From Bacillota bacterium (lineage in GTDB: Bacteria; Bacillota; Clostridia; Ch29), in assembly GCA_013540605.1 (NCBI GenBank), contig JABVCK010000029.1, positions 257,022 through 321,021 of the forward strand: a DNA stretch of 64,000 nt, read 5' to 3'. The stretch's first letter is position 1. Each line of letters begins with the position of its first letter. Under the pieces are notes generated by a model. That model searched no databases and had not been told where the DNA came from. It saw only the letters and a program-made list of their open reading frames with translations. Shown piece after piece: positions 9,292 to 16,537 of this stretch. The position numbers and the translations under genes are program-made.

Positions 9292-9984
9292 CTACTGAAT
9301 GCTGCTGATTGCCTCACTTATTGCGGAAACATAGCTTTTCAATCTATCGTTATTACCCGATAAAAACTGTGTCCTTAAACCCTTTGATATTTCTAACTGT
9401 ACTCCTCTTCCGTTCATATTCTTATTCACTATATTATTTGGCGATATACCGGCCAGATTCTTCGGAGTATCTAACACAGTAAAACCGTACTTAGTCAGAG
9501 ATGCTTTTATTCTGTTTCCTAATTCAGTGTCGAGGCCTCCGATATAGGTGAATTCTTCTGAACCGGAACACCCATGGATTGATAATGTCGTTTTAGATTT
9601 TGAAACCATTTCCAATGCAGTTGGTTCATCGAATTTGTCTGAAGTAATATGCAATTCTAAATTACCTTTGCTTTTTATGCCCATATATGAATAATAGTTG
9701 TAATTATTATGGGAAGATAAGGCATAAGCTAATTCAGTAGTACCTTTTTCAATTTTTCCTCCATGAATTGCAATAACTATAACATCAGAATCTGTCACAT
9801 TGGTTTCAATTTTATAGTCAACATTTTTTACTTTATTTGAACTTAATTCTTTGAAATTGTTATAGATGTCACCAGAAACTGCAGCAGTTGGCTGACTAAA
9901 CATCAAAATTGTAAGACAACAAGAAACAATAAGTCGTGTAGAACTTAAAAAACTGTATTCTCTCTTTATAATCATACCTATCAA
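9292..9984 (-). CDS. PghP-family zinc-dependent poly-gamma-glutamate hydrolase (secreted)
   Basis: Strong collinearity with phage PghP / Bacillus YndL-type hydrolases: IHGGKIEKGTTEL, LHITSDKFDEP, SIHGCSGSEEFTYIGG, NNIVNKNMNGRGVQLEISKGLR. An N-terminal signal peptide is present. Confidence 0.75.
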   Translation of the reverse strand: MIGMIIKREYSFLSSTRLIVSCCLTILMFSQPTAAVSGDIYNNFKELSSNKVKNVDYKIETNVTDSDVIVIAIHGGKIEKGTTELAYALSSHNNYNYYSYMGIKSKGNLELHITSDKFDEPTALEMVSKSKTTLSIHGCSGSEEFTYIGGLDTELGNRIKASLTKYGFTVLDTPKNLAGISPNNIVNKNMNGRGVQLEISKGLRTQFLSGNNDRLKSYVSAISEAISSIQ

Positions 9985-10170
9985 CTCACTTTTCTTATGA
10001 ATGCTATATTCTATTATAAAGGATTTTTTTTTGCATTTCAGCAGTTATTGACAATTATCGTGTATTATTTTCAACTATCTCATGTATATTATTTCTGTTT
10101 GCAAAGAAGGAAGATAATAGAAAATAGCGAATGGTAGTATATAGAAGAAAGGCATTATTATTTATGAGGT

Positions 10171-11325
10171 ATGAAGATGGAATTATGGGACTTATACGAT
10201 GAAAATAGATGTTATTTAAACAGAACTCATTCTCGAGAAGCGTTGATGGTCACTGGCGAATATCATATAGTTGTGGAAGTATGGACAGCCAACAGCAGGG
10301 GTGAAATTCTGCTAACCCTTCGGCATCCGAACAAGAAGGATTATCCGAACACATGGGAGAATACCGGAGGTTCCGCTTTGACAGGAGAGAGCAGCAGAGA
10401 AGCCGCAGTTCGAGAGTTAAAGGAGGAGACGGGTATTGCGGCATTGGAATCAGAACTTACATTATTGGGTACTAAAAAGGAAGAAACAGCATTTGTAGAT
10501 ATCTATATAGTTCATAAAGATATTCCTGTTGAAAGTTTGACCATGCAAGAGGGTGAAACTGTTGAGGCACAATGGGTATCATTGAAAAGGCTTGATGAAA
10601 TAATCTCCGAAGGCTTGTTGGCACTGCCAGTGGTTGAACGTCTCAAGCCCATACGTGAAGAATTCGAAAAACATGTTTTAATGAATAAGAGATTTAAAGC
10701 AATATGCTTTGATATGGATGGTACATTAATCAGAAACACGAACTCAGTCGAGTTTTTATGCAGATTAAACAATAGACATCAAGAGGCAAAAGAAATTGAA
10801 GAAAAGGAAGACCTTGGTGAGCTTTCCTGGATAGAAGCAGATCATAGAAAGGCTAAGCTTCTTGAGGGATTGGAAGTAAGCAGGATCAAGGATAATTTTG
10901 ATAAATATATAAAAGTAATACATAACCTGGATATGGTTTTAAGAAAGCTCAGAGATACCGGATTTAAAGTTATACTGGTTACAGCCGGACTTGTTCAGGT
11001 TGCAGAAGAATTCAGCGCTGTACATCCGTTTGATAAAGTCTATGGGAGTAATTACGAAGTAATTGAAGGTAAGTTCACCGGCAGGATCATAAAACACCTG
11101 GGAGATAAGGGAAAGCTAAGCTCTGTAATTGATTTTTGCGAATTTTGCAAGATATCCATTGATGAAGTAATTTCGATAGGGGATAGCGCATCAGATCTAG
11201 AAGTTTTTAAACACAGCGGAAAGTCTATAGCAATTAACTATTCAAAAAAACTGGTCGGAAAAGCTGATGCATATATTGAAACAGAGAACTTAGAAGAAAT
11301 CTTGAAGTTTATAATAACTGACTAA
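10171..11325 (+). CDS. Bifunctional Nudix hydrolase / HAD-superfamily phosphatase fusion (PSP-like)
   Basis: The N-terminal half has a perfect Nudix box GX5EX7REUXEEXGU (GSALTGESSREAAVRELKEETGI). The C-terminal half has HAD motifs I (FDMDGTLI) and IV (GDSASDLEVF) and a phosphoserine-phosphatase-like cap. Confidence 0.8.
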   Translation: MKMELWDLYDENRCYLNRTHSREALMVTGEYHIVVEVWTANSRGEILLTLRHPNKKDYPNTWENTGGSALTGESSREAAVRELKEETGIAALESELTLLGTKKEETAFVDIYIVHKDIPVESLTMQEGETVEAQWVSLKRLDEIISEGLLALPVVERLKPIREEFEKHVLMNKRFKAICFDMDGTLIRNTNSVEFLCRLNNRHQEAKEIEEKEDLGELSWIEADHRKAKLLEGLEVSRIKDNFDKYIKVIHNLDMVLRKLRDTGFKVILVTAGLVQVAEEFSAVHPFDKVYGSNYEVIEGKFTGRIIKHLGDKGKLSSVIDFCEFCKISIDEVISIGDSASDLEVFKHSGKSIAINYSKKLVGKADAYIETENLEEILKFIITD

Positions 11326-11468
11326 AATAATGAAACAGATTGTAAAAGAGCACAGGAATTTGCCATGGGAATAAAAAAACATTGATCCAGTAGGTTTTTC
11401 AGAATGAAAACCCGGCAACAAAAACTGGCGGATTAACGTCTAATTTTATATAATAATGAACGACAACT

Positions 11469-12251
11469 TTGAAGAAAGCGAGCATATCCATGGAGAATAT
11501 CAGGCAGGAAATATATATGGCAATTGGAACGTTATGGTCATTTCAGTGTATTTATTTGGGTATCAAGAAACGAAAAGGCAAAAACTTCTACCACGAGCCA
11601 AAACTCATGAACCTTTTACCAACAGGCGGCAGTACACTTCTATTGGTGTACGACTTCATGGAAGCCTGGAAACTGGGTACCGACAGCGTTTCAAATTTTA
11701 ACATTATACTACTTGGAATATTGGTTTTATCGACCGTTTTCGTTGTTTTTAGAAGCTTTTTGGGTGGTAAAAAGTATACGGTCTATAATATTGCCAAAAC
11801 CGACATTGAGGCAATATTGCTGCAGACATTGAAAAAGTATGAACTGGAATGCAAAAAAGAAGAAAAAAATCCCCATTCCATAGTAACCAAGATATTACTA
11901 GAACAATACGATGCTTCTGTAGAAATGACGCAAAGGGGAGGAAGCGGGACCACATTCGATTTGGTATTTGAAAAATTCGACCGGGTATACAATTTTGAAG
12001 ATATAGTTGCGGATATTAAGGAGAGCATTAATGAAAGCACAAAAGTTAGCAGGTTCCGGGGTGTACACGAATTTGCAGCCGCTATTGGAATTGTATTGTT
12101 TTTTGTTTGGATGAGTATTCCTGAGTTTAGGAGAAAAGAGTGCAAAAAACGCTGTGACGCCTTTAGTGGAGGCGTTTCAGCGTTTTTAAAAATGTCCTAT
12201 TTTTTTAAGTTGACGGATAAATCCAGTTTTGTGCTTGCCCGGAATGCGTGA
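11469..12251 (+). pseudogene. Small membrane-protein gene disrupted by IS insertion. Its original C-terminus resumes at 14253-14278.
   Basis: The ORF runs from the gene into the IS end. The last 94 bp before the IS (12015-12108) are repeated after the IS (14159-14252). In the second copy the frame continues into ...IGIVLFFVLFTPTTFS*, which is the native C-terminus. Confidence 0.55.
12015..12108. repeat. 94-bp direct repeat, left copy, flanking the IS1634-like element. It is a long target-site duplication.
   Basis: 94/94 identical to 14159-14252 (attaaggagagcattaatgaaagc...ttgtattgttttttgttt). Confidence 0.85.
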
Positions 12252-14158
12252 GGGTCATATTGCTTTTGAGCAATGGTTGCTTGAGGGTCTCTGCCAAATC
12301 CAGATAAGTTTGTGTGATCCTTGTTGGTGTCACAATGTTGTTTGGAAAATCGCCCTGCACCAGAACCAGGGGTTCCCTTATCGCTTCCATAATCCGGGCC
12401 GCCGAGACACTGATATTCTTCTGCGTTTCCAGGATGTATTGAGCATATCGCAACATACACAGACTGATGAAGCATATTGCAAAATGACCGTGAATGTGGT
12501 CGTCGGTCCATACAAAGACCGGGCGAGCTCGTAAATCGGTCTTTAGAACCCGGAAACTTTCCTCAATCTTCCATAGCCCTCTGTAGATAGTGCTGACCTG
12601 CTCTGTACCCAGAGCAAGATGATTCGTGATGACTGCGTAGTAGCCGTCATACCGGGCAGCAGCCTGGATTTTCTCTTCATCAATAGTCCAGTTTTCGGAG
12701 TCCAGATCCATCTGCAAATACTGATTGCAGCCCCGCCTGATTGCGGCTTTCAGCTGATATGGTTTATCCAACCGCTTCTTCAGCCGCTCAATCATGCGTT
12801 CCCGGTCAGACCGGTCCTTGGCTGCCCGCTTTGCAGACCAGGTCAGATGGATGTTCACCGGAATCTCTTCGGTCCTGTACTTTCTGGGTCGCCCTCTCTT
12901 TTTGTTTTCCTTGTTTTCTTCCGGCGCAACCGGGACTTTGATCTCAATATTCTGCCGAACAATCTTCGACCGAAACGTCACTTCCCCGGTCTCCGGATCC
13001 ACCACATCCTGCCAGTCTTCTTCCTGCCAGACCAGTTCCTTAAAGGCTTCTGGAGACCGTTTAAGCGTGTAACTGATTACAAAGTCATAACCTTCTCCAA
13101 TGAGGTATTCCAGATTGCTTCCGCTGTTGAGACCCCTGTCGGCCACCACGGTAATCCTGTCCAAGCGATACAGGTTCCTGAGATTTTCAACAGACTTTCT
13201 TAGCGTGCTCTGGTCCACCGTGTTTCCAGGAAACAGTTCATAGGTAATGGGAATGCCATTATTATCTAGCAACAGGCCCATGACCACCTGCACCTCGTTA
13301 TTTTTGTGATCCTTTGAAAAGCCGAACATTCTCAGTTCCCCCCAACGGGTACTCTCAAATGCATACGTTGTGACGTCATAGTAGGCTTCCGTGCTGTGGC
13401 GGTCGGTCTTCTTTTCGAAGAAGGTGCACAGATGTCCAATCAGAGCCTCTTTTTGATCCGCCAGGACATCCAGTACATCATAAAAAAGATCCAGACCCAA
13501 AGGTTGAATGCCGGCATAGCGGTGCTGTTCGGATGCACCGGCATGGATGCTTGTGGGACTGGCACAGCGGTGGGCGGCCAGGTAATAAAGGGCCTGGGCC
13601 ACGGCTTGGGCATTACGTTTGCCGCAGTTTTGAATGAAAAACTCATCCAGTGCCATGTGGTTCCACAGTTGTTTCACCAGGGCATGGCCGAAAGCATAAG
13701 AGGGGACAACGTCCTCAGGTAGGGTGATGTCCGCCACCGGAACCTGAAGTGACAGGGGTGCCCTGGATAGTTTTTGTTCCTTCGTGATCCGGGCGGCCTC
13801 TTTTTTTAGTTTCGCTATGATATCCGGGTCTTCGGTCAGCATCCGCTCGTAATTGCCCAGGGTTTTGACGACCCGGGTTTTCTTTTTCTTGGTGCCCGGG
13901 ATGCGGGATCTTCCCGGAACTGGATGACCCGGGCTTTTCCTGAGCCTGTGATGGCAACGTACATAAAACCCTCCTGCGTATTTGTCTATTTGAACTCATT
14001 GTATCATTTCGAGCACCAAAAATCAACAATATAACAGGAAATAACAGGACAAAATATTGAGATAAATTTTGCATCAAAAAAACCCGGGAAACCTGATAGA
14101 TTCAGCATTCTCGGGTGGTACTATTCGTTGTTATTGGCGATTATCTCCTAAAGTCAGG
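12109..14158 (-). mobile_element. IS1634-family insertion sequence, about 2.05 kb
   Basis: It is bounded by the 94-bp direct repeats. Imperfect terminal inverted repeats are CCTGAGTTTAGGAGA (12120-12134) and the reverse complement of TCTCCTAAAGTCAGG (14144-14158). It encodes a 545+ aa DDE transposase. Confidence 0.8.
12205..13842 (-). CDS. IS1634-family DDE transposase. The body is the 545-aa ORF. The first roughly 30 codons are encoded in the 0 frame starting at 13964 (-1 relative to the main ORF).
   Basis: Typical IS1634-family blocks are present: YYDVTTYAFEST...FGFSKDHKNNEVQVVMGLLLDNNGIPITYELFPGNTVDQSTL, ADRGLNSGSNLEYL, and YDGYYAVITNH...WKIEESFRVLKTDL. The upstream ATG at 13964 encodes MYVAITGSGKARVIQFREDP. 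This is the family's MxVxxTxSGK N-terminus. It lies in another frame with no stop between it and the main ORF. Confidence 0.8.
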   Translation of the reverse strand: MLTEDPDIIAKLKKEAARITKEQKLSRAPLSLQVPVADITLPEDVVPSYAFGHALVKQLWNHMALDEFFIQNCGKRNAQAVAQALYYLAAHRCASPTSIHAGASEQHRYAGIQPLGLDLFYDVLDVLADQKEALIGHLCTFFEKKTDRHSTEAYYDVTTYAFESTRWGELRMFGFSKDHKNNEVQVVMGLLLDNNGIPITYELFPGNTVDQSTLRKSVENLRNLYRLDRITVVADRGLNSGSNLEYLIGEGYDFVISYTLKRSPEAFKELVWQEEDWQDVVDPETGEVTFRSKIVRQNIEIKVPVAPEENKENKKRGRPRKYRTEEIPVNIHLTWSAKRAAKDRSDRERMIERLKKRLDKPYQLKAAIRRGCNQYLQMDLDSENWTIDEEKIQAAARYDGYYAVITNHLALGTEQVSTIYRGLWKIEESFRVLKTDLRARPVFVWTDDHIHGHFAICFISLCMLRYAQYILETQKNISVSAARIMEAIREPLVLVQGDFPNNIVTPTRITQTYLDLAETLKQPLLKSNMTLTHSGQAQNWIYPST

Positions 14159-14252
14159 ATTAAGGAGAGCATTAATGAAAGCACAAAAGTTAGCAGGTTC
14201 CGGGGTGTACACGAATTTGCAGCCGCTATTGGAATTGTATTGTTTTTTGTTT
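14159..14252. repeat. 94-bp direct repeat, right copy
   Basis: Identical to 12015-12108. Confidence 0.85.
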
Positions 14253-14449
14253 TATTTACTCCAACGACGTTTAGTTAAGAAAGAAGCTCAAAATTAGGCC
14301 ATGTTTATTCTTATACTTCTTTATTAAGCGAAAGACGCCTGAGAAATTATCTTGGGCGTTTTTAAGTTATAAGTATTTTTCAGGAGTTGTTTGTTTTAGT
14401 AACAAATTATCTAAATTGCGCCCATGCTAACGATGGCGCGTTTGGATAT

Positions 14450-14477
14450 TTGCACGGGGAATTATATGTGGTAGAAT
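14450..14477 (+). promoter_or_regulatory. Strong sigma-A-type promoter
   Basis: -35 TTGCAC, 16-nt spacer, and an extended -10 TGgTAGAAT. Confidence 0.5.
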
Positions 14478-14594
14478 AAGGTAGAAGTTTACTTCTAAGG
14501 TTCAGGGACGCCGTTAGCCCGCCGCCCGCTATACGAATGGGGCTCAATCTAAGCGAAATCTTGGGGGATTTATTTGAAGGGGAGGATATAAGTA

Positions 14595-14693
14595 ATGAAC
14601 CTTCTAATTGCCGGCTGGGTTTTTATACTAGGGCTTATGGTATATGTTACAGTGCTGGATATAGGTAAGCTAATTAAGATAAGGGCTATCTGA
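14595..14693 (+). CDS. Candidate 32-aa hydrophobic small protein or leader peptide
   Basis: RBS AAGGGGAGGA lies 8 nt before ATG. The product MNLLIAGWVFILGLMVYVTVLDIGKLIKIRAI is a single TM helix. It follows a roughly 115-nt leader downstream of the 14450 promoter. It is below the ORF-track size cutoff. Confidence 0.35.
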   Translation: MNLLIAGWVFILGLMVYVTVLDIGKLIKIRAI

Positions 14694-14736
14694 TGTATAA
14701 TAAAAAATGAATCTGCTATATGCAGCGGCAGAGAGG

Positions 14737-15429
14737 ATGAGAAAAATGCTGCCTGATACAATTAAACTGATTTTATTCGACATGGCAGGTACGACAGTAG
14801 ATGACCGATGCGCCGGTTCATCTTTTGTTGTCAGCGCATTCATCAAGTCATTCAACAAACATGGATTTGAAGTGAGCCTGGAGACTGTTAATAAATATAG
14901 AGGAATGCAAAAGCGTCAGGCAATACATGACATTATTAGCAGTATTGATCAGGATCGAAGTTCCGGGGAAATAATAGACGGCATTTATAAAGAGCTTTTA
15001 TCAGAACTAAAGGTTCATATTCCCAAAATGAAGGAAATTGAAGGCACCAGTGAGATATTTCACTTCCTGCAAAGTAGAATGATTAAAGTAGGTGTGGGAA
15101 GCGGTTTCCCAAGGGAAATTATTGACATGATAGTATCACAGTTGGGCTGGAAGGCTAAAGGCCTGGTTGACTATATCCAAAGCGCAGACTCTATTGGGGC
15201 AAGCCGGCCAGACCCCAAAATGATATACCACATGATGAATGAATTTGGCATATGCAATCCCCATGAAGTAGTAAAAGTGGGGGATACGGTGGTGGATATT
15301 CTTGAAGGCAAAAATGCCGGTGTCTGGACGGTGGCAGTATTAACCGGTTCACAGTCTAAAGAGCAATTAGAATCTGTGGGACCGGATTATATGCTTAATA
15401 GTGTCAAAGATCTGCCTACATTATTTTAA
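14737..15429 (+). CDS. HAD-superfamily hydrolase, PhnX-like (phosphonoacetaldehyde-hydrolase-like)
   Basis: Motif I FDMAGTTVD matches the phosphonatase-type DxAGT. Motif IV is VGDTVVDILEG. The start is uncertain among 14707, 14737 and 14746. Confidence 0.7.
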   Translation: MRKMLPDTIKLILFDMAGTTVDDRCAGSSFVVSAFIKSFNKHGFEVSLETVNKYRGMQKRQAIHDIISSIDQDRSSGEIIDGIYKELLSELKVHIPKMKEIEGTSEIFHFLQSRMIKVGVGSGFPREIIDMIVSQLGWKAKGLVDYIQSADSIGASRPDPKMIYHMMNEFGICNPHEVVKVGDTVVDILEGKNAGVWTVAVLTGSQSKEQLESVGPDYMLNSVKDLPTLF

Positions 15430-15466
15430 TCCTATTTTTCAACAAAATAAAGAAAGGAGAGAGAAT

Positions 15467-16114
15467 ATGGTTAAACAGCAAAACATAAAAAATAGGGGGA
15501 TACTTTTCACCTATGACAGTTTTCCAGAGTGCGGCTTAAACATCTATCTTATAAAAGGGAAAAGATTCAACTACATTATTGATACCGGATTAGGCCCATT
15601 AAGCCTTGAGCCGGTAAAAGAACACATAAAAAACGATGGCAAACAGGTTATAGTAATCAATACCCATTACCATTGGGATCATATCTGGGGCAATAATGAA
15701 TATAAAAATTCAGTGATTGTATCCCACGTACTGTGCAGGGAAATCATCGAGGAAAAGTGGAATGAGATGATGGGCAAGTATAATGATTATTGTTATGGAC
15801 CGGTAGCAAAATGCCTGCCGAATTTAGTTTTTGAATCAGAGATTTACTTTCCGGAAGACAAAATCAGGCTATTCCATACGCCCGGACATACGATAGATTC
15901 CATCAGCATTCTCGATGAAGAAGAAAAAGTAATTGTAGTTGGGGATAATGTTGGTGACACAATAGAAGAACTTATTCCAAGCATTTATTCTAAAAAGGAT
16001 GATTACATAAATACATTGAAAAGATATGAAGAATTGGACTTCGATACTTGTATATCAGGGCATAACGTAGTCTTAGGGAAAGAAGCGATAGGAGAAATTC
16101 TGAAGATGCTGTAA
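15467..16114 (+). CDS. MBL-fold metallo-hydrolase
   Basis: HYHWDH (HxHxDH) zinc-binding motif, a downstream HTPGHT motif, and RBS AAGGAGAGAG. Confidence 0.8.
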   Translation: MVKQQNIKNRGILFTYDSFPECGLNIYLIKGKRFNYIIDTGLGPLSLEPVKEHIKNDGKQVIVINTHYHWDHIWGNNEYKNSVIVSHVLCREIIEEKWNEMMGKYNDYCYGPVAKCLPNLVFESEIYFPEDKIRLFHTPGHTIDSISILDEEEKVIVVGDNVGDTIEELIPSIYSKKDDYINTLKRYEELDFDTCISGHNVVLGKEAIGEILKML

Positions 16115-16174
16115 TCGGGTCTGTGTCAGACCTAAGGACAAAATGTAAAATACCAGGAATTTTTAACATGAGCC

Positions 16175-16203
16175 TTGACAGAAGCATCTGGAGATAATAA
16201 TAT
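16175..16203 (+). promoter_or_regulatory. Candidate promoter for the valS leader
   Basis: TTGACA, 17-nt spacer, TAATAT. Confidence 0.4.
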
Positions 16204-16204
16204 T

Positions 16205-16496
16205 GAATAAAGATTATAAGTAATAATGAAAAGGCTTTGACGAGGAGGAGTATATATCTCCCTGAAGCGCAGAGAGGGGATGAGGGTGGAAATTCCCCGT
16301 GAAGGGTATATAGAAGGTAGCCTCCGAGCCGTGAACCGAAATCTTGTGAGAGTAGACTTCAACGGATTTCCACCGTTACAGGGGAGGTAGTATCGGCATG
16401 TATGCCCGTACTATGTCTGAGTGTGTACATTTGTACGAACCTAGGTGGTACCGCGGAGATTCAAACCTTCGTCCTATACAGGGCGAGGGTTTTTTA
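16205..16496 (+). promoter_or_regulatory. T-box riboswitch leader of valS
   Basis: The conserved T-box sequence AGGTGGTACCGCGG is at 16443-16456. It is followed by terminator stem CCTTCGTCC...GGGCGAGGG plus a T6 run. An AGAGA-containing stem I region lies upstream. The specifier codon is not confidently assigned. Confidence 0.75.
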
Positions 16497-16537
16497 TTGC
16501 GAAGGCCAATATACATAACACAGGGGAGGTATTTTAT

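Noticed and set aside
12619-13203. 194-aa plus-strand ORF inside the IS
   Set aside because: Antisense to the well-supported IS1634-family transposase, with no independent signal.
13836-13964. Programmed -1 ribosomal frameshift in the transposase
   Set aside because: There is no canonical X_XXY_YYZ slippery heptamer in the correct frame. The IS1634 family is not known to frameshift. It is kept only as a low-interest observation, and an indel is more likely.
16445-16537. 5' extension of the valS ORF (MVPRRFKPSSYTGRG...)
   Set aside because: This stretch is the T-box leader and terminator. The true start is ATG 16538 after GGGGAGG.
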